Shown: positions 1-9,639 of the stretch, one piece after another
How the letters are laid out: every line of letters starts with the position of its first letter
Position numbering within the stretch: the first letter of the stretch is position 1
DNA from: Pseudomonadota bacterium
GTDB taxonomy: Bacteria; Desulfobacterota; Desulfobulbia; Desulfobulbales; SURF-16
DNA: 64,000 bases
Direction: 5' to 3'
Assembly (NCBI GenBank): GCA_018816555.1
Contig: JAHIVT010000008.1
Coordinates: 723 to 64,722 of the forward strand
Made by a program: the position numbers and the translations under genes
The notes under the pieces: model-generated
What the model saw: only the letters and a program-made list of their open reading frames with translations
Databases searched by the model: none
What the model was told of the DNA's origin: nothing

Positions 1-773
1 CAGCGATACATTAATTGACTGATATAAGCGCTTAATTGTGACAACAAATGAAACGATGCTAGTAAGCCAGATGCTTCATCCCCGGTAGTACGAATAATTA
101 ATAGTTGAAATTTAGGTAACCATGGAAGTTTTAACTCGTCACGTATTTGCTTAGCGAATTTATGCCAAGGTGTTACAAGTTGGCCCAAAGAAACAGCAAT
201 AACCATTCCGGCTACTAATGTGATCCACTCAAGAATAGATGAAGGTGCGAAAACTTTAAAGGGTATTGTGAAAATTTGGTCACTACTTGTGATTGTAGGA
301 ATATCAGATTTCAACCTGACAATACCGTAGATGATCAAAGCTAATGAAATGAAAAACTGGTAGATGAGGACTGTAATCGCTTCTACAATGTCTTTTTTGT
401 CAGACAAGATTCGAAAATCAGTGACAAGAAATGGAGTGGCTAAACAAGCGATACCAACGGGGTATTTCAGTTTAGCGTCACGAATAGCATATAATGCCAC
501 ATTTCCTCCATGGCTATGAGCAACAACAAAGTAATTGGCTTTATGGCGATACCTGTCTTGTAATTTGTGTAGATGGTTGATTAATTCCTCTTTCGCCTTT
601 TTTCTTGCCGTCACATTATTGAGCCCGCTCCATGGCGGGGCTGGCTCAATTTTAACCTTATCTCCAAATCGCATGCGAAGTGCATTGGCGAGTGGGGAGT
701 TTAGATGAGTCCACTCTGCATCCTTTGCGTATGTACCATGAATAAGAGTTACTGAATTAATTTGGTTAGGCAT
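1..773 (-). CDS. alpha/beta-hydrolase-fold protein with a hydrophobic middle part; C-terminus lies beyond the window start
   Basis: Absent from the ORF track because it has no stop in the window. The reverse complement from ATG (773-771) is open to base 1: MPNQINSVTLIHGTYAKDAEWTH...YFVVAHSHGGNVALYAIRD. AHSHG fits the small-x-S-x-G nucleophile elbow of serine hydrolases. Hydrophobic runs follow: VLIYQFFISLALIIYGIV and WITLVAGMVIAVSLG. Confidence 0.6.
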   Translation of the reverse strand, partial: MPNQINSVTLIHGTYAKDAEWTHLNSPLANALRMRFGDKVKIEPAPPWSGLNNVTARKKAKEELINHLHKLQDRYRHKANYFVVAHSHGGNVALYAIRDAKLKYPVGIACLATPFLVTDFRILSDKKDIVEAITVLIYQFFISLALIIYGIVRLKSDIPTITSSDQIFTIPFKVFAPSSILEWITLVAGMVIAVSLGQLVTPWHKFAKQIRDELKLPWLPKFQLLIIRTTGDEASGLLASFHLLSQLSAYISQLMYR

Positions 774-1330
774 TTGTATAACCAATTAGTATCAAGTTTT
801 TTGATATCTACTCTAACCTAACATTCTTGACAACGAAATATAGGGTCATTCTACTCATTTCTAGCCCGATATCATTCACCAGGGAATGAGAAGCAAAAAC
901 TCGATAACATCATGATCCACAGGCAATATCAACCATTTCAGCAATACAGCAAGTTAACACTATTCCTGAACAGATTTCCTTTGGCAGTCCTGTCCATTAG
1001 AAAAGAATTCAGTATAAGATTTTTTCTTGAGCCATTCGGCGGGACGCGCCAGTAAAATCTTCTTGAATTAAGACAGTCCTGAATATAAGTCACAGGACAG
1101 TAGTTAAAATCTTCATTTCAGAAAAGGAATTCTTTTATAAAGATTACATCGACCAACTAATCTCCGCTTTTCTGATTGATCCTATCGGCGGAAGTAGCTG
1201 GGACTATATCCACCGGGATGAGCGTCAACCCTATAGTTTCTTGTAAGGCTCGACTTTAGTTCGGAAACTCCATTTTTCAAGTCAAAATGATCTATTCCCT
1301 TAGGGACTTCAGGAGTGACTATGAAGTCTG

Positions 1331-1972
1331 TCATTGGGGGCAGTCGATCCGTCCAAACTCAAATATGAATGAGGATAGATCTGCTCCATCCACGTCTCCG
1401 TCATCAGTAAAATCTCCCAGGCAATCGCCAATGCAGTCGCCTCTCCCAAAATAATCTGCAAATGTTAAGAGGTCATCTAAGTCAACATCATCATCTTGAT
1501 CAAAATCACCAAGGCACGGGGGAATCGATGTGGAAACGGTAAGTTTACAATATTCAAGGTAATATGTTCCACCGTTGGAAAGCATATCGAAGTACGCGCA
1601 TCTGTCATTGGCTAACCATTCCATTTGGATTGGGGTCAAGGAATAGTTATAGTTATAAAAATAATTCCTCAAGGCGAGGTAGCCGACACGCTGGTCAGGA
1701 TCGCTGGCATAAAAAACATTGATGTCACTTATTAAAAGAGCGGGTGGATAGAAACCGCTGGAAAAGACCTTTGCTCGAAGTTGTACTTGAACTGAGTCCA
1801 CGTGTTCTCCCTCGGGCAGGTCTGAAACGCATTGATGCCACATATAGTTCCAGAAAATTCCCTCATTCGGATCAAACTGAATGGTGTTTGTGTATACTCC
1901 TGCATTCACAAAGGGTGCAAACAAAAATAGCCCCTGAGCAAAGAACAAAATGATCGTAATGTTTTTTCTCAT
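1331..1972 (-). CDS. secreted protein with two C-terminal dockerin/EF-hand-like acidic repeats
   Basis: N-terminal signal-peptide-like MRKNITIILFFAQGLFLFAPFVNAG. The C-terminus carries two copies of CLGDF(D/T)xDxDVDxxDLxxFxxxFGRxDC. Confidence 0.65.
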   Translation of the reverse strand: MRKNITIILFFAQGLFLFAPFVNAGVYTNTIQFDPNEGIFWNYMWHQCVSDLPEGEHVDSVQVQLRAKVFSSGFYPPALLISDINVFYASDPDQRVGYLALRNYFYNYNYSLTPIQMEWLANDRCAYFDMLSNGGTYYLEYCKLTVSTSIPPCLGDFDQDDDVDLDDLLTFADYFGRGDCIGDCLGDFTDDGDVDGADLSSFIFEFGRIDCPQ

Positions 1973-2176
1973 ATTCTTATCCTCTCAGGTTTCAATGTCC
2001 CATACAAGATCAGCTGCACTGGCTCCGCGGCCTCCAAATTCGTTGCAACGATTAAAAGCGCTGGAAACAATAAAGAAAAAAATCCGTTCATCACATCCTG
2101 CCCCTTCCAGTTGAGTTGTTATGCGTATTAGAAGGCTTCCCTGCGTGCGTCGCTCTCCGTCATACAACGAATGCTT

Positions 2177-2194
2177 GTGATCTGTGTGTGCCCC
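2177..2194 (+). repeat. solo half-copy of the inverted-repeat element found at 18609-18686
   Basis: gtgatctgtgtgtgcccc matches gtgatctttgtgtgcacc (18667-18684) at 16 of 18 positions. I found no partner arm nearby. Confidence 0.5.
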
Positions 2195-2538
2195 TAACAA
2201 TCTCCTATAATGTGAAATTCAATTTGTAAATAAGGCAAATTGTCTCGCTTAGTGGTAGTTTTATCAGCAATAGATTAGACTGGCTACTTCTGGTCTGGAA
2301 TCGTTTGCGCAACTTGATACTTCCTGAGTAGACCACGGTGGCCGGAGAATATAGTGGATGGGGGCTGGGGAGTAACCGAGTCCGCAGGGAATGCATTCCT
2401 CAGTATAATTATTAAATGGTTAAAACTGGCTGGCATAAGCTATGAGAAGTCTCGGCATGCAGGCGCAAACCAAGTGCCTTGTTCTCCTTACATAGAGTTA
2501 TCCCTGGATTTGCTGTTTTTTCATGTGGGAGGAATAGC

Positions 2539-3786
2539 TCATTGTTTGAAAAATTGCGGTGAGGCAAAGCGCTGTCTGATGGAGGCGATATCTCTTTTTC
2601 GGGCCAGAAAAAGATCCACTAGGTCCGGGTCGAACTGGGAGCCCTTGCCTTTTTCAACCTCGGAAAACGCCTGGTCCGTATTCCAGGCCTGTTTGTAAGG
2701 ACGTTCTGAGGTCAGCGCATCAAAGACATCGCAGATGGCGGCGATTCTGCCGGACAGTGGTATTTCTTCCCGGCAGAGGCCGGTTGGATAGCCGGTGCCG
2801 TCCCATCGTTCATGGTGGGTGAGGGCAATGCCCTTGGCCATTTTCAGCAGGGGCGTGTCGTTGCCTGAGAGGAGCTTGGCGCCGATGATGCTGTGGTTTT
2901 TCATGATCGCAAATTCCTGCTCGGTGAGTCTGCCCGGCTTGTGGAGAATGGACTCGGCAATGCCCAGTTTGCCCACATCGTGCATGGCCGTGGCATGGAA
3001 AATCAGCTGCCGGTCCTCTTCGCTTAAGCCGGCCGCCTGGGACAGGATGTCACAGTAATGGCTCATTTTGGTGATGTGCGGTCCGGTACAGCTGTCTCTG
3101 AACTGGGCGGCCTGTGCCAGGCGATAGATCATTTCCAGCTGCATCTTCCACAGCTCTTTATTCTGCTGCTCGATTTTTAGTTCAAGTTCGGCATGCCGGC
3201 TGAGCAGCAGGGCTTTTTCCTGCTGCTCCTGCTCGTGGGCCATCATCTCCATGGTGACATCCGTCAGGGAGCCGAAGGAGAGGCAGACTTGGTCCTCGGC
3301 AAAAGATTCCACCGAGGCCTGATCCTTCAACCAGATTGCCGTCCGGTCTTTTAGAGATATCTTGTAAACAGCTTCAATGGTTCCTTTGTTTTTCCCCTCA
3401 TTACGCAATTCTTCCTGTAGATGCTTCAGGGTATTATGATCAAGAATCTTCTTGCTGATTTTTTCGCTATCAGAACCGTAATGGTAGGTGAGGCGTTGCA
3501 GGACGCTGTCCCTGAAGATTTCAGCCACTTCGCAGGGCTGGCAGCCGAGCAGCTGCAGCAGACGGTTGCCGACAAATTCATACCATATGGATTTATCGGT
3601 GTTCTCGCGCCAGGCGGAAATATATGGAATGGAAGGATTGGCGTTGACGTTGAAACTACGGAAGAGACTGATGGCCTCGGCGACTCGTTTTTTAAGGTTA
3701 TTGTCGAACTCGCCGTTGAGGATGCGGCCACAGTAATCACGATCAAAAATCCAGTTGGAATCCTGCTGATTGCTCATCCGGTTCAC
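2539..3786 (-). CDS. HD-GYP domain c-di-GMP phosphodiesterase with an N-terminal PAS-like sensor region
   Basis: Motifs HDVGKLG and HHERWDGTGYP in the C-terminal half. The N-terminal roughly 190 aa looks sensor-like, followed by a coiled-coil linker. Confidence 0.85.
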   Translation of the reverse strand: MNRMSNQQDSNWIFDRDYCGRILNGEFDNNLKKRVAEAISLFRSFNVNANPSIPYISAWRENTDKSIWYEFVGNRLLQLLGCQPCEVAEIFRDSVLQRLTYHYGSDSEKISKKILDHNTLKHLQEELRNEGKNKGTIEAVYKISLKDRTAIWLKDQASVESFAEDQVCLSFGSLTDVTMEMMAHEQEQQEKALLLSRHAELELKIEQQNKELWKMQLEMIYRLAQAAQFRDSCTGPHITKMSHYCDILSQAAGLSEEDRQLIFHATAMHDVGKLGIAESILHKPGRLTEQEFAIMKNHSIIGAKLLSGNDTPLLKMAKGIALTHHERWDGTGYPTGLCREEIPLSGRIAAICDVFDALTSERPYKQAWNTDQAFSEVEKGKGSQFDPDLVDLFLARKRDIASIRQRFASPQFFKQ

Positions 3787-4014
3787 CTCATCGTCAAATT
3801 GTGTTATATAAATTATAGCAAGCAGTTTGGGCCGTATGTCAAGAAAATATGAAGATACAGGAAAATAAGTTGCAGTTCCAGCAGCGCAAAATCTTTTTTT
3901 ATCTTGTTTTAAGAGTAAATGTGATTTAATATATCAAATTTTTTTGGTGGATTTTCCGGGGGCAGTTTCGTCCCTGCAGGGATCAGCCATAAGGACATTT
4001 GAGTAAACGAGGAT

Positions 4015-5805
4015 ATGGATCAGGCAAAAATAAGAAATGTGGCAATTATCGCCCATGTTGATCATGGCAAGACAACTCTGGTGGATCAACTTTTCAGGCA
4101 GAGTGGTATGTTCCGTTCTAACCAGGCGGTTACCGAACGTCTCATGGATTCCATGGATCTGGAGAAGGAAAGAGGCATCACCATCTCCTCCAAGAATGGA
4201 TCATATAATTTCAAGGATTACTGGATTAATATTATCGACACCCCGGGCCATGCCGACTTCGGCGGTCAGGTTGAACGGGTGCTGCGCATGGCGGACGGCT
4301 GTCTGCTGCTGGTGGATGCCCAGGAAGGCCCCATGCCCCAGACCTATTTCGTGCTGAAAAAGGCACTGGCCAATTCGCTGCCGATTATCGTGGTCATCAA
4401 TAAGATCGACAAGCCGGCAGCCCGCTGTGACTGGGCCGTTGATCAGGTTTTTGACCTTTTTGTCAAGCTCAATGCCCCGGATGAACTGCTTGAGTTTCCT
4501 GTGGTCTATGCCTCGGCCAAGCAGGGCTATGCGCTGCGCACCCTTGATGAAAAAAACAGCAATATGGATCCCATTTCAGAAATGATCGTTTCCTCCATCC
4601 CGGCTCCCTCCGGCAGTATCGATGCCCCACTGCAGATGCAGGTCAATACCATCGACTACTCGCCCTATCTGGGCCGGCTCGGCATCGGCAAGGTAGTGAA
4701 CGGCACCCTGAAGATCAACAGAGATATTGCCGTTTCCCGCCGTGACGGCTCTATTTCCCCCATCCGGATCTCCAAGATTTTCCGTTTTGAGGCCAATGAA
4801 AAAATTGCGGTTTCCGAGGCCACTACAGGTGAAATCGTTGCCGTGGCAGGCATGGATGATGTTACCGTGGGCGTCACCTTTACCGATCCTCTTGATCCGC
4901 GGCCCCTGCCGCTGATTGAGATTGATCCTCCCACGCTGTCCATGAACTTTGTGCCCAATGATTCTCCCTTTGCCGGGCGGGAAGGGAAATATGTCACCTC
5001 CCGGCATATTGAGGAACGTCTGTCCAGGGAGACCCTGGCCGATGTGGCGCTCCACGTGCAGCCCTTAACCGAAGGCGTCGGTTACAAGGTTTCCGGCAGG
5101 GGCGAGCTGCATCTTTCCATCCTCATTGAAAAAATGCGGCGGGAAGGTTACGAGTTCCAGGTCACCAGGCCCCAGGTCATCATGAAGGAGGAAAACGGCA
5201 AACAGCTTGAGCCCTATGAGGAGCTGACCATTGATGTGGATGAGCAGTATCAGGGCGTGGTGATTGAAAAACTGGGCAAACAGAAGGGCCAGATGCTGGA
5301 AATGAACAATGCGAACAACATGGCCAAGTTGATTTACAAAATCCCCACCCGGGGACTGCTTGGCTTCCGTTCCCAGTTCATGACCGACACCAAAGGCATG
5401 GGGATTATGAACTATGTCTTTGCCGAATACGGTCCGTACGCCGGCGAGATCACCAACCGGGTCAACGGCGTCCTGATCGTCAAAGAACCGTGCACCACGG
5501 TGGCCTATGCGCTTTTCAATCTGCAGGAAAGGGGACGGATTTTCCTCGGTCCGGGCATTGATGTGTATACCGGCCAGATTATCGGCGAAAATACCCGGCC
5601 TGCGGACATGGTGGTCAATCCGGCCAAGGGTAAGAAACTCACCAACATGCGTGCCTCGGGCTCCGATGAGGCGGTCATTCTCACCCCGCCCAGACAGATG
5701 AGCCTGGAAGACTGCATTGCCTATATCAACGATGATGAACTGGTGGAGGTGACTCCGGCTTCCATCCGGCTGCGTAAACGCAAGAATGGCAACTGGAAGC
5801 CGTAA
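4015..5805 (+). CDS. typA: translational GTPase TypA/BipA
   Basis: AHVDHGKTTLVD, DTPGHADF and NKID G-motifs. The 596-aa protein is co-linear with BipA and has an EF-G-like domain order. Confidence 0.95.
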   Translation: MDQAKIRNVAIIAHVDHGKTTLVDQLFRQSGMFRSNQAVTERLMDSMDLEKERGITISSKNGSYNFKDYWINIIDTPGHADFGGQVERVLRMADGCLLLVDAQEGPMPQTYFVLKKALANSLPIIVVINKIDKPAARCDWAVDQVFDLFVKLNAPDELLEFPVVYASAKQGYALRTLDEKNSNMDPISEMIVSSIPAPSGSIDAPLQMQVNTIDYSPYLGRLGIGKVVNGTLKINRDIAVSRRDGSISPIRISKIFRFEANEKIAVSEATTGEIVAVAGMDDVTVGVTFTDPLDPRPLPLIEIDPPTLSMNFVPNDSPFAGREGKYVTSRHIEERLSRETLADVALHVQPLTEGVGYKVSGRGELHLSILIEKMRREGYEFQVTRPQVIMKEENGKQLEPYEELTIDVDEQYQGVVIEKLGKQKGQMLEMNNANNMAKLIYKIPTRGLLGFRSQFMTDTKGMGIMNYVFAEYGPYAGEITNRVNGVLIVKEPCTTVAYALFNLQERGRIFLGPGIDVYTGQIIGENTRPADMVVNPAKGKKLTNMRASGSDEAVILTPPRQMSLEDCIAYINDDELVEVTPASIRLRKRKNGNWKP

Positions 5806-5833
5806 GACCCGTGGAATTTGTGTTCAACCCCCC

Positions 5834-5863
5834 AAACGACCTTTTTCAGGGTCGTTTTTTTTT
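5834..5863 (+). terminator. rho-independent terminator after typA
   Basis: Stem aaacgacc / ggtcgttt (5834-5841, 5849-5856) followed by a T-run. It lies between the convergent typA and yihY-like genes. Confidence 0.7.
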
Positions 5864-5915
5864 GTGGTGGACGGCAAAACAGCGGGGCAGGTTCCTCTCG
5901 CCTCAAGAGGTAATT

Positions 5916-7250
5916 TTATACAAGGGGGGCCATGCCCTTGTTTTCGAAATTCACCTCCAGGGCCTGTTGGCGGAGATCGAGAATCTTATTAATGGCACCA
6001 TTTATTTCTTCATCCTTGAGCATGACATTGTCGGCCTGTTCTCCTTTGATATCCTTGAAAAAATGGGTAATTTTCAGTTCAGCGGTCGGTTTAGCCGGCA
6101 CAAAGAGATCGTTTTCCTCACTGCTGACCGGCAGAATTTTTCCTATCTCCAGCAGCCGGGCAAGGGAGCTTCTGACAAAATTTTCGGATAAGCCCAGCCG
6201 GTTGCTGATCGTTGCCGGGCCGGATGGACCATTGCCCCTGTCAAAAGTCAGGCAGATGGTAAGCAGCACTGCAAGGCTTATTTTTTCCTTGCTGGCAAAG
6301 TTGATGTCTTTTTCAAATTCAAGGGGATGGAATTTGCCTGCGCTCTGGCAGGCGAAATTGAGGACCCCGCCGAACAGCACGAGAATCCAGGTGGTCTGCA
6401 GCCAGATCATGAAAATCGGCACCGAAGCGAAGGTGCCGTAAATGGCATTGTATTTGGCCACGCCGATCTGGAATTTAATAAAGATGATCTGGGTCAGTTG
6501 CCAGAGGCAGCCGCTGACGGTGCCGGCCAGCAGGGCAGGAAAGAAACGCACGGTGGTATTCGGTATGATGATATAGAGCAGAGTCAGAATGAGAATACTG
6601 CTTATCCAGGGAATAGTGAGAAAAAAGAGTTTCATGGCCCCGGCAAAAAGACCGATCTCCAGCAGTTTCTGGGTAAAGGCATGGCTGCGCAGCGTGGTGG
6701 AAAGACCGATGGTTACCGCCAGAAGCAGCGGACCGATGATGAGGATGGAGAGGTAGTCGCTCGCTTTTCTGATGAAAGTGCGCGGTTTTTTTATGCCCCA
6801 GATCGTATTGAATGAGGCTTCGATCTGGCCGAGCATGGAAATCGCCGTATAGGCAATAAACATGAGTCCGATGGAGCCGAGGGCGGCCACATTGGTATTA
6901 TTGACATATTCGACGATTTTGGGAGCCAGGTCCGAGGCGATTTCACCCCCCACCGCCTTCTCCAATAACAGCGGTTCGATTTTGTCCTGGATGCCGAAGC
7001 CCTTGGCAATGGAAAAAACCATGGCCAGCAGGGGAATGAGAGAGAGAAGAAAGGTAAAGGAAAGGGCGGAGGCATGGTTGACCAGCTGTTTGTTGAAGGG
7101 GGCGCGGGCCGCAATGATGCAGATTTTGGCTATCCGCAGCGCGAGTCGTTTTACCGGTTGCAGCTCGGTTTCCCGCAGACTCCAGATCGATCCGTTCCAA
7201 GGGTTAATTTGATGAAAAAAGCTTTTCATTTCCGGTTTCATGGGATGAGG
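5916..7250 (-). CDS. YihY/BrkB-family inner membrane protein with a C-terminal soluble extension
   Basis: Multi-TM core (LSFTFLLSLIPLLAMVF, ILIIGPLLLAVTIGL and others) typical of the YihY family. The track start (7277) is TTG and overlaps mscS by 74 nt. I placed the start at the ATG of MPHPMK, but it is uncertain. Confidence 0.65.
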   Translation of the reverse strand, partial: PHPMKPEMKSFFHQINPWNGSIWSLRETELQPVKRLALRIAKICIIAARAPFNKQLVNHASALSFTFLLSLIPLLAMVFSIAKGFGIQDKIEPLLLEKAVGGEIASDLAPKIVEYVNNTNVAALGSIGLMFIAYTAISMLGQIEASFNTIWGIKKPRTFIRKASDYLSILIIGPLLLAVTIGLSTTLRSHAFTQKLLEIGLFAGAMKLFFLTIPWISSILILTLLYIIIPNTTVRFFPALLAGTVSGCLWQLTQIIFIKFQIGVAKYNAIYGTFASVPIFMIWLQTTWILVLFGGVLNFACQSAGKFHPLEFEKDINFASKEKISLAVLLTICLTFDRGNGPSGPATISNRLGLSENFVRSSLARLLEIGKILPVSSEENDLFVPAKPTAELKITHFFKDIKGEQADNVMLKDEEINGAINKILDLRQQALEVNFENKGMAPLV

Positions 7251-8307
7251 CATGCTCCTTGTCAAAATGAAGGTCAAGCTGCGGAAAGGGTATTGTCACA
7301 CCTTCTTGGTTGAAGGCTTTATAGATCGATTTTAGCAGATGATGGGTCTGCAGTCCTTTTTCTCTCGGGTCTTCCACCCAGAGAAGCAGTTCGAAATCAA
7401 GGGAGGAGGCGCCAAAGCTGCGCATGCGTACCCGGGGTTCCGGATCCTGGACCACATTGGCGGTATTGGCGGCCACCCGCAGCAGAACAGCTTCCACCTG
7501 ATCAATATCGCTGCCGTAGGCCACACCCACCGGGATACGGATGCGAAAACGGGAGATTGGTGCGCTTTCATTGATTATTTTTGAGTTGGCCAGAATGGAG
7601 TTGGGGATGGTTATGAGCACGTCGTCACGGGTCTTTATCCTGGTTGAGCGGATGCCGAGTTCCACCACTTCACCGCGGTCTCCATTATCGATGATAACGT
7701 AATCTCCCACCTTGAAGGTTTTGTCCATAAAGAGGCTGATGCCGCCGAAAAAGTTGGATAAGGAATCCTTGGCAGCCATGGCCACGGCAATACCGGCAAT
7801 ACCGGCGGAAGCAAAAAATGGGGTGAGATTGACCTGCCATATGGAGAGCAGCCAGTATATGCCGGAAACAATAACGATGATCTTGACAAGCTTACGGATG
7901 AGAATGACCAGATCGTTGCCTATCTTTTCACTGGCCACCCTGGTAAATATATTCTGGGCGGCCAGAAAACTGATTATTCTGAGCGTGGTAACGAGCCAGA
8001 TGAGTAGCGTGATGCTTTTTATGCTGTTTGGCAGAACGTTATTCCAGAATGGCGGAAGGGGCCTCAGGCTTAAGGCATGGGTCAAACCCAGTGCCAGAAC
8101 AGACCAGTAAACAGGGGTGTGGAGAAAATCAAGAAGCTGGTCGTCGAATTGGAAGGAGGTTCTGTGGGCGATGCGCCGCAGGATTTTTTCAATAAAGAGA
8201 TCAATCAGCTTTGCCAGCAGAGCGTAAATAAAGACGATCACCAGCTGTTTGATCAGCAGATGCTCGTCCAGATAGTGAGACTGGCTGATGATGTCTTCGA
8301 TCTTCAT
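7204..8307 (-). CDS. MscS-family mechanosensitive channel
   Basis: N-terminal TM helices, then the MscS beta-domain signature GDYVIIDNGDRGEVVELGIRSTRIKTRDDVLITIPNS. Confidence 0.85.
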   Translation of the reverse strand: MKIEDIISQSHYLDEHLLIKQLVIVFIYALLAKLIDLFIEKILRRIAHRTSFQFDDQLLDFLHTPVYWSVLALGLTHALSLRPLPPFWNNVLPNSIKSITLLIWLVTTLRIISFLAAQNIFTRVASEKIGNDLVILIRKLVKIIVIVSGIYWLLSIWQVNLTPFFASAGIAGIAVAMAAKDSLSNFFGGISLFMDKTFKVGDYVIIDNGDRGEVVELGIRSTRIKTRDDVLITIPNSILANSKIINESAPISRFRIRIPVGVAYGSDIDQVEAVLLRVAANTANVVQDPEPRVRMRSFGASSLDFELLLWVEDPREKGLQTHHLLKSIYKAFNQEGVTIPFPQLDLHFDKEHASSHETGNEKLFSSN

Positions 8308-8314
8308 GGCTCAA

Positions 8315-9487
8315 TTAGGTGATTTTCTGGCCGAGTTTTTTGAGGAGATATTGAGAAACCTCGTTTTGGCAGGTATGGTCCATCTCCAGAAATGAAACTC
8401 CGATTTCATACTGGCCTGGGTTTGTCAGTTCAATGCGTACCACTGTGCCGAGCAGCAGCACCGATACGTTGCAATCTTCAAAGGGTATCTGCAGCTGGAT
8501 TTTGTTGCCCACGGCAAAACAGGGAGAGGTGCTCCTGAAGAGGATGCCGGTGAGGCTCAGATTTTTCGCCTGGGCCGCGAACGATTCGGCCGGTTCATCA
8601 ATGCTGATTTTTTTGACGAGAATTTCCGGGGAAAAATCAATCCTGACGTAGCGGCGTTTATTGGGAGAATACGACTGTATGTTGTTTTTCCCCAGGGCTT
8701 TTGCCTTGAGCAGCGCCATATCGGCAAATCTGACAAGTTCCATGGCGTCGCAGCTGTCAATGGGAAAACTTGCAAGCCCGCCGCTGATGGTCAGCGGAAT
8801 AGTTTTACCTTCATACTGCAGATTGAGATTGGCAATAAGTTCCCGGATTCTTTCCGCCAGGATGAGCCCGGTTGCCTTTCTTGTTTCCGGCAGGATAATG
8901 ACGATTTCTTCGCCGCCATAGCGGGAGGCGATGTCTTCTGCGCGGATTTCACCCAGGATGGCCTGGGACATATCCTTTAAAACCGAGTCTCCGGCAAGAT
9001 GGCCATGGTTGTCATTGACGGCCTTGAAATTGTCGATATCCAGAAACAGGACGGAAAGTTCCGTGTTATATCTCTTGGCCCGGGCAACTTCCCTGATCAG
9101 TGACTCATCAAAATAGGCGCGGTTATAAAGCCCGGTCAGTCTGTCATATTTGGCGGTATTGATCGTGTTTTCAAAGACATGAATTTCAACTACCTTGGGG
9201 TTTTGCAGCGATTTGTGGATCGAACAGAAATAATCACAGATAGCGGTGCGCAGATTGACATTGTGGCCAAGCTGGTTGCTCATATCCAGGCGATGCAGAC
9301 AGATTTCCTGCCAGAACTCCTGCGCTTCGGGCTGGCTGAGGTCGAGATGGGTCAGAACGTGAAATATCACAGGGAAAGCCTGCGGGCCGAACTCGACTGC
9401 AACTTCATCAAGCACGGTTATGAGCTTTTCGTCATTATTTGAGTAATCGTAAAGGGACTGCAGTATTTTGTTGCGTATGACTTGCAT
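8315..9487 (-). CDS. diguanylate cyclase (GGDEF, with I-site) fused to a C-terminal PilZ domain
   Basis: RAED-IASRY-GGEEI gives RxxD exactly 5 residues before GGEEI. The C-terminal PilZ motifs are RRYVR (RxxxR) and NLSLTG ((D/N)xSxxG). Confidence 0.85.
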   Translation of the reverse strand: MQVIRNKILQSLYDYSNNDEKLITVLDEVAVEFGPQAFPVIFHVLTHLDLSQPEAQEFWQEICLHRLDMSNQLGHNVNLRTAICDYFCSIHKSLQNPKVVEIHVFENTINTAKYDRLTGLYNRAYFDESLIREVARAKRYNTELSVLFLDIDNFKAVNDNHGHLAGDSVLKDMSQAILGEIRAEDIASRYGGEEIVIILPETRKATGLILAERIRELIANLNLQYEGKTIPLTISGGLASFPIDSCDAMELVRFADMALLKAKALGKNNIQSYSPNKRRYVRIDFSPEILVKKISIDEPAESFAAQAKNLSLTGILFRSTSPCFAVGNKIQLQIPFEDCNVSVLLLGTVVRIELTNPGQYEIGVSFLEMDHTCQNEVSQYLLKKLGQKIT

Positions 9488-9639
9488 AAACGAAACCTTT
9501 CATGTTGACTCGAAAGTCTGCGAGAAAACGAGCTGGTGGTTTTTTAGAACAGCATGACAAGCTTGAAACTCATGTCGAAATTACTATAATATACCTGCAG
9601 GGTATCTTCTTATAAAAAGTGAAAAATTTACATTAACAT

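Noticed and set aside
1985-2396. 71-aa and 63-aa minus-strand ORFs in the AT-rich gap
   Set aside because: No RBS and an odd composition. The first begins inside the repeat half-copy (peptide GAHTDHK). Treated as non-coding or decayed sequence.
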